This document shows positions 8,545 through 19,095 of a stretch of 64,000 bases of DNA, one piece after another. The first letter of the stretch is position 1; each line of letters opens with the position of its first letter. This DNA comes from an uncultured archaeon (GTDB taxonomy: Archaea > Thermoplasmatota > Penumbrarchaeia > JASLWR01): positions 64,001 through 128,000 of the forward strand of contig CAYSHM010000005.1 of NCBI GenBank assembly GCA_964430885.1. Reading direction: 5' to 3'. The position numbers and the translations under genes were made by a program. Below the pieces are notes generated by a model, which was given only the letters and a program-made list of their open reading frames with translations, was not told where the DNA came from and ran no database searches.

Positions 8545-11500
8545 CTTCGCTTCCAGGAATCCCTTTAAGATCTATTTCATTCAATGAATCCTCTCTTATT
8601 TCATCAATTATTCTCTCCACATCAGATATGTGTTTGTAAACCGAAAGGTCCACCTTTATCAGGAAGTAAACGCCGGCCAATGATAAACCCGCATATAACA
8701 ATCCAAGCAAACAATACATGAAAGTTATGGATGACAATGAATAAAGTGTTATGAGAATGAAAAATATCGGTGCCTGTATTAAACCAGCCACTCCTGCGAG
8801 TATGTATGGTTTTAATTTTGATTCCTTGGAGAATATACCCTCTTTTTTCTCGGCATCTCCCTCTTTCTTTCTGAAAAATTCAAATCTGGCTTTATCTCTC
8901 TGTTTCTTGTTCTCGATTATCTGTTCAATATATGATTTTGAGGTGAGGGAAACAAATAGGGCCACAACAGTAAAAATCAATATAATAAAAGTCCAGATTA
9001 TCACCTTTCCAACCGTAGTAGCGGTATTGCCCGACAATCCAAAATCATACCAGGGTAACGCAAACAAGGATGCACCTATTATTCCTGAGAACAGACCAAA
9101 CAATATGTACAGGTTTCGGTTATCTTTAAGAATTCCAAATAGATATATCGCACCACCTATGCACAGAACAAGCAGTAATGCACTTATTACAGGATGGATG
9201 GAATCATCCTCAACCCAGATTGTGCTGGAAATTTCGTTGTTCTGTTCTGCTACATTTGAACCTAAACTGGAAGTTTCATAGATACTATTTCCGGTATCTA
9301 CTTTCAGTTCAATATTATATTCGGCAGCTTTCTCGTCCCAATCCAATTTCGGCAGGCTCCAGGTGAAATGCAGGGACCTTGAGGAGGAGGTTGTCTGCCG
9401 ATCCAGCTTGAAACCTCCTTCTATCTTCTGGGTGTCTATGAGCTTTCCGTTGATATAAAGTCCAACCTCCACGTCATCGGTAGGAACGGTTCCGTCAACC
9501 GATAGGGTGACGGTCATCTTCAGGGTTCCGCCTTCCTTGAAATTCTCCTTGTTGAACTCTATATTCCCTGCAAAGGTCAGATCGATATGAGCTACAAAGG
9601 TAGTTGTCTGCACAGTCTCCCTCAAGGAAGAACGGCTGACAGATTGACCTTGAACGTCAATCTCGATTTCTTTACCTATTTCATTTGGCGATGAAGAAGC
9701 CTGGATCATCAATGAGAAGTTATGGGCAATATAGTTGCCGTTTATCATTATATCCATTGAATCTGTGAGATTACTTCCGATCCTTGAAAGATTATAAGTC
9801 CAGCCCCGTTTCACCAGAGCATTATCTTTGAAAAGGGTTATCAGGAATGTATCGGAAGTTTGGGAAACGCCATCCGCGTCGGGAATGTTCATGATCTCAA
9901 ATTGATAGTTCAACTGCTGAATATTATCTCCAGTACTGATATTGATATTTTTCTCGGGTTCCTGGTCGATAAGATCCATAAAGGTAATGGTTGTGGTGAA
10001 GGTTATAGAATTCCCTTCAGTCTCCAGATCATCGGACATCGGAATCAGCATATTGATGTATTCCTCGTCCATATATGGTGATAAGGATATCTGAGGCGTT
10101 ACCTTCAAAGAAATGTTCCGTTCCATTCCCGGAGCCAAAGGTACGCTGTAAACCGACAGGACGGAATATCCCGAATGCGGCGAAGTCTCCTGATTGGTGA
10201 AAGTAATATTATCCGGACCATTACCTCTGTTTTTGACCATGACCACATAATCTATTGTCCTACCGGGTAAAACATCCTCGCGGGTCTTGACTGCGCTGAT
10301 CCTCGGTTTGAAGAATTGATTGACCTCTACCTGAACGGTTTTACTATCTGATATATTTCTATCGTATTCAGATGTTGCGGTGAACTTGATGTTGGAAAGT
10401 GTCCCCATCAAAATCTCCTTGTTCTGTAGATCCTCAAGGTCATCATTGCCGCCTAGGCTCGGTATGTAAACCAGCATCTGAACACTGGTCTGGTTAAAGG
10501 AGGGAAGAGTTACCTGACTTTTACTAAGCTCAACCGTCCAATTAATTGTACTTGCATTGGCAGATAGATTGAAGGTATCCTCCCCGTTACCCGTATTCTC
10601 TACTGTGAAAAGAAAAGTGATAACATCACCAGGATCCCCAGACTGATAATCCGGGGAGAGCAGATTTACGAGCACATCTGCAGTCTGACTTACGTTTGTG
10701 GTCATGTTGGCAGTGTCATTCTTGGATGGATCACCATTGGATATCCCGTTAAGCTGGTAGAAGAAAGGATCATCCACGGAAGCTAGTTCCCCTGCAATTA
10801 CAGTAACGATCAAGTAAGTTGATTCGCCTTTATCCAACTGGATACTCTGTCTTGATAGGGATACGCTCCAGCCCTCTTTTGGAGGAGAATTATGTACGAA
10901 ATTTATCTTATCCTCCCCATTTCCAATATTCTTCACCGTAATATTGTAATCCACTGTGCCCAAAGGCTTGACAATTCCCGTACTGTTCTCAGGGGTCAAT
11001 TCCACACCATACCCCTGGATCACCGTAGTAGTTGCATTATCGAAATCATATGCCTTGATGTTGAATGTAGATGTTGCATACAATGTCAAATTGTCGATGG
11101 AACCTATGTCAGTACCCTGGAAAGGCGCCATAAGCATATCATAAGCGGGAATGGTAATCTGAACTTCTATTGTTGCATTCTCCCCCGGGGTCAGATTATC
11201 TGTGAACTTATTCCCCATAACAACTGTTCTCCAATTATGCTGGGAAGCAACTGACAGATTGAACATATCCAATCCGTTGCCGGTATTTGTAATGGTAAAA
11301 TTGTAGGAAAGAGTATCCTTGGGAGCTCCTTCCTGATTAGCAGGGTCCAAAGTAGTAACCTGAACAGACGCTTTCTGGGTAACATAGACATAAACCTCTA
11401 TATAGTCTGAAAGAACAGCCCCTGGATTCATCCCCTCGCCTCTAGGATCGGCTCTGACACGTACATAACCGCTTCCGTTATAGGGATTCACAGGAACATA

Positions 11501-13366
11501 TACTCCAAGTTGAATGTCGTCATCAACTTCTCCGCCTCCAACCGTTGTATTTGAAGTATCCAGTGAAGCATTCCATCGCTCAACATCCATTATCGAGCCA
11601 TCCCAGCCATTATAGAAAGTATAATATTCTATGCTGAGATCGATGGTGTCCTCATTTATCAAACCGCCTTCCCTGCCGTTGTTGACATTCCGAACTGACA
11701 ATGTGAAGAATTTTTCCTGTTTATCTTCCAAAGGATTTACGACGACCCAGGTCCTGTTGGCTGAAATACTAGCTCCTGCAACGAAATTCACTGTGGTTTT
11801 TACTGTGGCCGAATCTGAAAACCCGTTAATTGCTTCTGCGGTCAAGGTCAGATCCGAAGTTGCACCTGCAAAGGTGTGGTCCGTTTCTCTATCCTGATAG
11901 TTCAATTCGGGAATCAAAACCGTGACTGTCACATCCTCAAATGCCTCAGGGAGCAAATAAGAAGTGGAATGTGGCGCTGACTCACCCATCACATAGGATT
12001 CCCAACCGTATAATGTTGAGGTTCTGTAATTAAAGGCACCTCCGATATTACCCTCATTTTTAATTCTGAAATTGTAATTTATTGAATCCCCTGGATTACC
12101 ACTGGCAGGGGAGCTTAGAAGAGTGACATTCACCTCATGGATCTCATAGGTATAGACCCGGGATGAATTATCTCTTCTCAGAGTGCCATTAGCTTGGGAG
12201 GTTGCATTGATTCTGGTACGATCAACTTGATCATACCCTGTTCCTGCCGGAACCCTAATATCTACAAATATCCTCTCATAGGAACCTGGCTGGACAATTC
12301 CGGTAGTACCCTGGGTTGGATTTTCGGAAGGGGGATCTATCCAGTTGTGACCTGAAGTTATGGTATATGTGTAGCTGTCGGGCATTGTACCGTTATTTAC
12401 AATCCTGAACTCAATGGTTACCGGATCACCCCCTGGATCGGCATACTGGTCCCGAGGCTCCACAGTTATGTGAAAATCTCTAACCGATACGGGAATTATA
12501 GCGAAACCGATGGAACTTAGATTGTTGCCTTGGACCTGGTCTCCCTGAAGATTGGTGGAAACATTCACGATAAAACTGCCTGTTGCAGATGGAGTCCAGG
12601 AAAATGAATGGAGGTAACTTACCCCTGGATTTTGAACATCCAAAGCAGATATGACATCAGTATCGCTGTAAATAACAGCCATTGTAGTTGAATTCAATAT
12701 CTCCAGATCAATATTGAAACCTTGGGTAATTATCTGGTTACCAGTGTTGTTGACCCATGCCTCAATATCCATTGAAGATTGTTCATATGATGCTCCCTGA
12801 ATGGGACTCCTTGTCTGGCAGCTTACATCAGTATAGTTTATTATTGTTACATTTATTGTGGCAAAATTATTGGATTGATCAGTATCGTTATTCCAATATG
12901 TTATATTTCTTGCAGAGATGGATATCTCATAATCCCCTTCGTTTGTAGGGAGCCAAAGCAATGAACGCATAACGATAGCCCCTGGAGAGAGAAGGACGGT
13001 TGTGTTGCCAGAAGTATTATTCTCATAAAACCCTGTGCCTCTGTTCCGGACAGTGAAATTCAAGGAAACATTATCCTGATGGGATACATTGTAGTTCACG
13101 ATATTTACATTAATGGTCTGACTGCTGTTGGAATATAATCCTGCTTCCATATGTGTGGTAATGTTCCATATGGCAGTATCGTTGCCAGGATCCCCGAAAT
13201 ATCGCATGGGTTCAGTGAGGATTTCAATGCCATCATTGAACAATGACTCTGAACCATTGGAGAACAGCAATAAAAGGATTGGGGCGATTATCAATAATGA
13301 TCTCATTCTTTTCCCATTGCTAAACATTGCTGCACGTGCCATTAAGAACTCCCCGGGATATCCCAT
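8519..13366 (-). CDS. Large membrane-anchored surface glycoprotein with CARDB / NEW3 (COG1470-like) Ig repeats and C-terminal TM bundle
   Basis: Hydrophobic N-terminal signal; repeated YxFxIxNxGNxxD...W..VSL...LxPGE modules; CARDB-like DQSNN/EQNN ends; very many N-x-S/T sequons; about 5 C-terminal TM helices. True start may be a downstream ATG. Confidence 0.8.
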   Translation of the reverse strand: MGYPGEFLMARAAMFSNGKRMRSLLIIAPILLLLFSNGSESLFNDGIEILTEPMRYFGDPGNDTAIWNITTHMEAGLYSNSSQTINVNIVNYNVSHQDNVSLNFTVRNRGTGFYENNTSGNTTVLLSPGAIVMRSLLWLPTNEGDYEISISARNITYWNNDTDQSNNFATINVTIINYTDVSCQTRSPIQGASYEQSSMDIEAWVNNTGNQIITQGFNIDLEILNSTTMAVIYSDTDVISALDVQNPGVSYLHSFSWTPSATGSFIVNVSTNLQGDQVQGNNLSSIGFAIIPVSVRDFHITVEPRDQYADPGGDPVTIEFRIVNNGTMPDSYTYTITSGHNWIDPPSENPTQGTTGIVQPGSYERIFVDIRVPAGTGYDQVDRTRINATSQANGTLRRDNSSRVYTYEIHEVNVTLLSSPASGNPGDSINYNFRIKNEGNIGGAFNYRTSTLYGWESYVMGESAPHSTSYLLPEAFEDVTVTVLIPELNYQDRETDHTFAGATSDLTLTAEAINGFSDSATVKTTVNFVAGASISANRTWVVVNPLEDKQEKFFTLSVRNVNNGREGGLINEDTIDLSIEYYTFYNGWDGSIMDVERWNASLDTSNTTVGGGEVDDDIQLGVYVPVNPYNGSGYVRVRADPRGEGMNPGAVLSDYIEVYVYVTQKASVQVTTLDPANQEGAPKDTLSYNFTITNTGNGLDMFNLSVASQHNWRTVVMGNKFTDNLTPGENATIEVQITIPAYDMLMAPFQGTDIGSIDNLTLYATSTFNIKAYDFDNATTTVIQGYGVELTPENSTGIVKPLGTVDYNITVKNIGNGEDKINFVHNSPPKEGWSVSLSRQSIQLDKGESTYLIVTVIAGELASVDDPFFYQLNGISNGDPSKNDTANMTTNVSQTADVLVNLLSPDYQSGDPGDVITFLFTVENTGNGEDTFNLSANASTINWTVELSKSQVTLPSFNQTSVQMLVYIPSLGGNDDLEDLQNKEILMGTLSNIKFTATSEYDRNISDSKTVQVEVNQFFKPRISAVKTREDVLPGRTIDYVVMVKNRGNGPDNITFTNQETSPHSGYSVLSVYSVPLAPGMERNISLKVTPQISLSPYMDEEYINMLIPMSDDLETEGNSITFTTTITFMDLIDQEPEKNINISTGDNIQQLNYQFEIMNIPDADGVSQTSDTFLITLFKDNALVKRGWTYNLSRIGSNLTDSMDIMINGNYIAHNFSLMIQASSSPNEIGKEIEIDVQGQSVSRSSLRETVQTTTFVAHIDLTFAGNIEFNKENFKEGGTLKMTVTLSVDGTVPTDDVEVGLYINGKLIDTQKIEGGFKLDRQTTSSSRSLHFTWSLPKLDWDEKAAEYNIELKVDTGNSIYETSSLGSNVAEQNNEISSTIWVEDDSIHPVISALLLVLCIGGAIYLFGILKDNRNLYILFGLFSGIIGASLFALPWYDFGLSGNTATTVGKVIIWTFIILIFTVVALFVSLTSKSYIEQIIENKKQRDKARFEFFRKKEGDAEKKEGIFSKESKLKPYILAGVAGLIQAPIFFILITLYSLSSITFMYCLLGLLYAGLSLAGVYFLIKVDLSVYKHISDVERIIDEIREDSLNEIDLKGIPGSEGDNMQRGY

Positions 13367-13583
13367 TACTGAATGAATTTGGCATCTGATCGATAATAGA
13401 AGGCGAATAATACCATTAACTAAGCATTATTATTCAGTTTTACTATTAATCCAGACATCCATAATACTTGATGTATTCATGTAATGATATAAAAAATTTG
13501 TTCACTTCTGAACACATGCAAATAAATCGCCTTTGTGACCCCTGATTTTCAGAACAATGATGGGAACCATGGAAAAAGAACAA

Positions 13584-14114
13584 CTACCTGCAATTAGGAC
13601 ATAACCATAGTCCCTCGTATTCCTCGAGATCGTAGGTGAAAGTCCTGCAGTCGTCGCATTTGCCTGATTTTCCTTCTTCGGTATCAAGGTCATCGGAATC
13701 ATCTCCACCATCTCGGTTTATCTGCATCAAAAGGGGAGCCTCACGGAATATATCCCTATCACATACAATACCCAAAAGGTTTCCGTTATCAACTACCGGC
13801 ATTCTCCTATACCTCATCTCGGACATTTTTTCAACTGCTTCCCTTACTGATTCATAGGGTCTCATAGTAGTCAATGGAAATGCCATTACCTCATCCACAG
13901 TGATCTCGGCTGATTTGGAATTGGTCGCCACCACCTTCTTCAAAATATCCCTTTCAGTCAAAATGCCAAGCAATTTATCCCCTTCGGTCACTATCAAGGA
14001 CCCGATTTTTTCTTTGGCCATCAGTTTTGCTGCATCATGTATCGTTGCACTCACTTCTATTGTCTTGACATCCTTAATCATGATCTCCTTTAACGGCATC
14101 GCCTTTCCTACCAT
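13584..14114 (-). CDS. CBS-domain pair protein with C-terminal zinc ribbon
   Basis: Two CBS repeats (IGSLIV..GILTERDI; RRMPVV..GIVCDRDI) and CDDC...CPNC. Confidence 0.88.
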   Translation of the reverse strand: MVGKAMPLKEIMIKDVKTIEVSATIHDAAKLMAKEKIGSLIVTEGDKLLGILTERDILKKVVATNSKSAEITVDEVMAFPLTTMRPYESVREAVEKMSEMRYRRMPVVDNGNLLGIVCDRDIFREAPLLMQINRDGGDDSDDLDTEEGKSGKCDDCRTFTYDLEEYEGLWLCPNCR

Positions 14115-14271
14115 GATCGAACCCTCCTATTAATCTGGAACTAACACGTTAATTCTAATTATTCTAATTATCAGAACCCATTATTAACACTTTCCTCTAA
14201 TTATTACTCCCAATGTCGATAATATTATTTGACCCTTACAATTAAAATTCTTAGTCGCGGATCGGATAAAA

Positions 14272-16284
14272 TTAAAAAGTATGTCTGATCTTGACCCCTT
14301 GCCCTCTTGTTCTAATAACCATGGAAGAACCATTAACCAGAGCTCTACCCAAACCCCTCATCTCCTCTCCATTGTATACCGCAACTTCATCCCCTTTTCT
14401 GATATTCTCATCCGCTCCTGTTATCCCAACACAGAAAATTGTCCCTTTGGGCGTGAAATCATGGATCCTTACAGAATAATCATCAATATTTACCAATCTA
14501 TCCCTGGAACCCTTTCCAAGTGAAAAAAATCCTCTTTTTGAAACAAAGCGGGCTATCTGTTCCCCAGTATTCTTATCATTTATTCTATAAACTGGCCATC
14601 GTCCTGAAAACCGGGAATTGTCGAGGAGCGCGCGGGCAATGGATTTATTGAATTGAAAAGTCAATATTCCCCAGGCATCATGAGAAAGATATGTTCTTTT
14701 ATCAGGATTTTCGCTAATAAATGATGATATTTTTCCGGGATGAACCTCCGATCTTAGATTATCGGTGATTCCATTAAGGCAATCCTTCAAATGCCTTAAA
14801 GAAAAATCGGACCGGGGGTGGCCATCACCAGTTATTATATGAGGTGATTTGAATTTCTCCGATAATAATTCTTCAACAAGAAAGTTCTCATTGCCCAGAT
14901 ATGATATCACTTCAGAATAATTGCCTTTTCCAATAAGGTTTGACAGGAGTTCCAGCACCCTGTTCTTTTCCAGATGGCTCCAATCACCAGTTACGGTAAT
15001 ATCATAGTTCCTTGCAGGATGGGTATGCTCCAATTCTCTAGGTACGATACCGAGAGGAGAAGTAACGATAACTGGATGGATTAAGTTTCTGAATTTCGAA
15101 CTAAGAATGACGTTATTGATACTTTTATGTGTTTTGGAAAGTGAATATGGTTTTCTGTTCGAACAGGGTAATAATAGAAGAATGGGTCTGGACAGTGGAT
15201 CGTAAGTGGACTTGATCCTTTGAATGTATGCTGTAATATCAGGATGATCCAGCATACCCGAAGAACTGACAAGTAATGGATTATCTGAAGTGCGAGGGGA
15301 ATTGGACTCAAATTCTTTCTGAAATTCTTCCCTGACAATCCTTAGAACCGCAGATGATGAAACACTCCGAACAGATCCCCTATGAGCCTGAATATAGATA
15401 CGATCATTTTCAATCGCCTTTTTGCATTCACAAAGTGCACCTTTGAATCTCAATACATTATGATAATAAATAGCCTTGGAAAGACTCAAAGCTGTTTTTT
15501 TAATATCATTTATATCTGAGCGGCTACTAGTTATCGAGTTTGTAGCGGTTTCATTAGTCTCCAGCAATTTCCAGGTTCCTCTTCTTAATGCATCACGGAT
15601 AAAAATGCACCCTTGGCACTCACAATGAATGAATTTGGATGTATCCATATCCTTGATGAGGTATTTCCCCTCATGACCCCAATAGATGAATTTGGATGAA
15701 TCCATTATAGCTTTGGATGTATCGAAGAGGTCAAAACCGATATAGCATAAAAGAGAGAGATTGAAAGCATCGCCTATTCCAGGAGCATAGTATAGATATT
15801 CATCGGAATTTGTATTTCTCAAATGGTATAATATATTCAACAATTTTTGGGGTTTATAGTAGACCTCCTTCAGACCATGATATGCTATAATATCTGAAGT
15901 GACATCGTCATTTTCGATATCAGTCCGGAAAATCCGCAGTTTATCAATATAATGAACTGCCATCTGTTCAAATCCCTCTAAAACTTCGTCCCGATTTGTG
16001 TTGCTCAATATGATCGGCTTATCCGGTTTCTCATTTAATTGCCGGAAAAAATCAGACCCTTTTACAGATTGCCGATTATAATGATCCAAAATATTCACAT
16101 TCAATAACGGTAAACTGCCCCAGAAAGAATTCTCAAAGGGTAAACTGCCCCCGCCAATGATCGACATATCACCTTCCAGATAAGGCATATAGACTGCAGC
16201 AGGAGTAGTGAATCCACTATTGCCATTTGATAATATTTTCTTAATGGAAGCAAGTCCTTCATTCTTTATGACTTCGATTTGCAT
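14272..16284 (-). CDS. arcS: Archaeosine synthase ArcS (TgtA2) with PUA domain
   Basis: TGT-like N-terminus (GFDLFD, CxCxxC...H), signature LLPCSNRKPYSLSKTH, TSPLGIVPRELE..HPA..YD..VTGDW, C-terminal PUA domain. Confidence 0.9.
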   Translation of the reverse strand: MQIEVIKNEGLASIKKILSNGNSGFTTPAAVYMPYLEGDMSIIGGGSLPFENSFWGSLPLLNVNILDHYNRQSVKGSDFFRQLNEKPDKPIILSNTNRDEVLEGFEQMAVHYIDKLRIFRTDIENDDVTSDIIAYHGLKEVYYKPQKLLNILYHLRNTNSDEYLYYAPGIGDAFNLSLLCYIGFDLFDTSKAIMDSSKFIYWGHEGKYLIKDMDTSKFIHCECQGCIFIRDALRRGTWKLLETNETATNSITSSRSDINDIKKTALSLSKAIYYHNVLRFKGALCECKKAIENDRIYIQAHRGSVRSVSSSAVLRIVREEFQKEFESNSPRTSDNPLLVSSSGMLDHPDITAYIQRIKSTYDPLSRPILLLLPCSNRKPYSLSKTHKSINNVILSSKFRNLIHPVIVTSPLGIVPRELEHTHPARNYDITVTGDWSHLEKNRVLELLSNLIGKGNYSEVISYLGNENFLVEELLSEKFKSPHIITGDGHPRSDFSLRHLKDCLNGITDNLRSEVHPGKISSFISENPDKRTYLSHDAWGILTFQFNKSIARALLDNSRFSGRWPVYRINDKNTGEQIARFVSKRGFFSLGKGSRDRLVNIDDYSVRIHDFTPKGTIFCVGITGADENIRKGDEVAVYNGEEMRGLGRALVNGSSMVIRTRGQGVKIRHTF

Positions 16285-16399
16285 TTCTCAATCCTTCATA
16301 TATGATTTTTCAATTTTTTCCTAATGGTGCATATTTGCGGGTAATAAAACAGAAGGACCCGCCAATAAATGTTTGAATAGTATGTAAAGTATGTAAATA

Positions 16400-17530
16400 T
16401 CACATTATTAATCCCATTAAAATGTATATAATGTTGCCCAGCACAAAGGCGGATGCAAAACCAAAGGTCAATAGCACCAAAAATGGTATCTTGGGCTGGA
16501 CCCAAACCTTTTCTCTGTCCATGGCTGTAAAGGCGTCCAACTGTTTCTGCTCTTCCTCTTCCTCAAGGGGTTTTAGGGACATCTTATTACCATTCTTGGT
16601 CTCCTTTTCCAGAAGCCAGACGAATCGGTCCTTGAACTTTTCCACTTCCAACCTATATCCGAAGAGGCATTTAGGAAATTCCAGGTCCTTCCTGGTCAAA
16701 TTGAACAGTATGAACACCAGGGGATACAGGAAAAGAAGAAGAGCCCCGTTTATAAGAACTGCTAATGTGAAGGGAAAGATATATACCATGAAGGGGTACT
16801 CTGCTACCTGCCCGAAAAAATAAGTGTCCAGAGACCAGCTTGATACAACTGGATAGGCTGGAAAAAGGAAGGAAATGAACATCAGCCCCTTGGCATCTGC
16901 ACCGCCCATTATTATTCCCGCATTGTACATCGAATATATTATCAATATCATCATCAGAACTGAAGTTGATATGAGAAATGAGATGTCCAATTTGCCCTGT
17001 GAAAAATTAAAACCTTCCGCATAAGACACCGGATCGAACTGCGACAAATAGAACAGCGTTATGAAACATAAAAGGATAAGTATTATCCAGGAAAATCGGG
17101 ATGACTTGTCCTGCCTTAGAAGAATTATTTCATTGAAAAGAAATAGAAGGATGGATGCACCTATAAGCAAGACCAGGGTAGTTGAATTTTCGAGAACTTT
17201 GAAATGAAACACTGACCAAATATAGATGCCGAGAGAAACTAAGCCCAAGGCGGCCATGAGCCATTCCGATCCCTTTGGAATGTGCGAATAATCTATCTCG
17301 GAATAAAAATAGTAATACAGGAATATTACTGGAAGTGATATTAAAATGGATATTGGCCCGGTTTCATTGTGTGCCAGGAATAGAAGAAAAAGCACTGTGG
17401 CAAGACCGCCGGATATCAACCATACTCTGTTCATAACTTTGCGGGTCCTGATATCCATAACCGAAGCTATCATCAGAACTACTATGCCTATCACGAACCT
17501 TGAAACATTCAGACCGTCTGCAAATTCCAT
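16400..17530 (-). CDS. flaK: Prearchaellin/prepilin peptidase (A24, ArlK/FlaK/PibD)
   Basis: SVMDIRTRKV (first catalytic Asp), MGGADAK GxGD-type motif, C-terminal VWVQPKIPFLV motif; multi-TM. Confidence 0.85.
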   Translation of the reverse strand: MEFADGLNVSRFVIGIVVLMIASVMDIRTRKVMNRVWLISGGLATVLFLLFLAHNETGPISILISLPVIFLYYYFYSEIDYSHIPKGSEWLMAALGLVSLGIYIWSVFHFKVLENSTTLVLLIGASILLFLFNEIILLRQDKSSRFSWIILILLCFITLFYLSQFDPVSYAEGFNFSQGKLDISFLISTSVLMMILIIYSMYNAGIIMGGADAKGLMFISFLFPAYPVVSSWSLDTYFFGQVAEYPFMVYIFPFTLAVLINGALLLFLYPLVFILFNLTRKDLEFPKCLFGYRLEVEKFKDRFVWLLEKETKNGNKMSLKPLEEEEEQKQLDAFTAMDREKVWVQPKIPFLVLLTFGFASAFVLGNIIYILMGLIM

Positions 17531-17738
17531 ATAAGACCACCCTTTTTATCATCCATAGGATAAATAATGAACATTCTATTGAATTCGAATGCAACATATC
17601 CCATATGTACCTGAGATGCACTGGTTCAGTGTAACAACTTACTAATAAAAAAAGGTTTTCTGTCCATGAACACCCGTAAAATTGACAAGAGCTGAGATAA
17701 GGGCAATTAGTTCGCCATAATTAGCTCGGTTTTCGAGT

Positions 17739-18881
17739 TTACTTATCCTCTGCATCTTTCTCCTTCAGGAAGCCCGCCCTTCCACAGAACCAATGATGAG
17801 TTAGGGGAATAATGGAAACTGTGAAATTGAAGTACAGGTCAAGATGGTGATGCCAACCGCCCTGGGCTCCGAACATTCCAACTCCCCTCGTGACATCGTC
17901 GAATCCCAGCATCATAGCTATTCTTTCGGGTTCCGCGATCAGCAGGTGGAAGGCAAAGTAGACTAAAATTGTGAGGGGGACAAGTGCGGCCAACCTCTTT
18001 TTTACTCTGTCAATGGGTTTTTCAGTGCTCCTGAAGTTATTGCTGTAAACCCCCATTAGAATAATGGGTGTCAAAGGAAAGGTTCCCATGTAAAGGACAT
18101 GGTGCCAGCGGTCGGCCGCACTTAGATCATCCCATGGGGCCATATAGCTGGTCAATGCATAGCAGATATATGCTATAAGGGCACCTATAAACAGCGATGC
18201 TAACAGGAGGAATAAACCTTTGGTATAATCGCTCTTCATCTTTATCTCCGGCAGGAAATCCTTGAAAACCAATGCTAGCATGAGGGACATTATTATTGTC
18301 CACTGGGCAATCCCCAGCATCCTGAAAAGCTGAAGATTGGAGAAGGTCTCAACGGATTGGGCCTGAACCAGACCGCCTTCCAGGAAGTAAAGTAAAATCC
18401 ATAAAATCCAGATTATCATATACCAGAAAGCAGATTTTATCAGCCCGCCCTTCATCCATCCTACCAGTTTGCCATCGAACATGAAGTCATCGAATCCATA
18501 GATAAAGAAGCCGAAGACAATGAAGGTGAAGTGTCCCGACATTACAAGGTCACCGCTATAAAGAAGAGAATGATCAACAGTGGGTATTCCCAGAAAATGG
18601 ATCATTATCATCTCATTGAGGAAAAATATTACGATTGCTCCAAAAATGGAAACGAACTGCCTGAACATTCCACTCATATCAGGTGTAGCAGGTCGCCTGA
18701 AATAATGGCTTTGGCATATTGATAACAGAACATAATATCCCAGCATTGGGGAGTAATAGTTGAAGAAAGATGCCCTACCAAGCATGTTATGCATGAGAAG
18801 CAGTATCGCCATTCCAAAGCCTAAGCCTAGGGCCAGAGCATATAGCCAGGTTTTATTACCCCATTTCAATTCATATTCCAT
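17739..18881 (-). CDS. Multi-pass membrane protein of unknown function (about 10 TM)
   Basis: Long hydrophobic ORF. Start placed at ATG 18881 (MEYELKWG) after a GGTG RBS rather than at 18995. Confidence 0.7.
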   Translation of the reverse strand: MEYELKWGNKTWLYALALGLGFGMAILLLMHNMLGRASFFNYYSPMLGYYVLLSICQSHYFRRPATPDMSGMFRQFVSIFGAIVIFFLNEMIMIHFLGIPTVDHSLLYSGDLVMSGHFTFIVFGFFIYGFDDFMFDGKLVGWMKGGLIKSAFWYMIIWILWILLYFLEGGLVQAQSVETFSNLQLFRMLGIAQWTIIMSLMLALVFKDFLPEIKMKSDYTKGLFLLLASLFIGALIAYICYALTSYMAPWDDLSAADRWHHVLYMGTFPLTPIILMGVYSNNFRSTEKPIDRVKKRLAALVPLTILVYFAFHLLIAEPERIAMMLGFDDVTRGVGMFGAQGGWHHHLDLYFNFTVSIIPLTHHWFCGRAGFLKEKDAEDK

Positions 18882-19095
18882 GGTCACACCTATGATATCA
18901 TGTCGAATTGTGAATATAACAATGAATTCAAAATGAGAATTCAAAGAATGCGATGTGGCAAAATTATATTTAAACAATGCTCTTCTTTTTGGCACCCTTC
19001 AAATAATCTCGGGAAAAATGATAAAAAGAACTCCTATTATGGTGTCGATTGAACGCATTTATTTAATTTTACTTAGTATGTGATTCGTCGGGAAC

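Noticed and set aside
13584-14114. CBS plus zinc-ribbon architecture as a novelty
   Set aside because: A common archaeal protein architecture.
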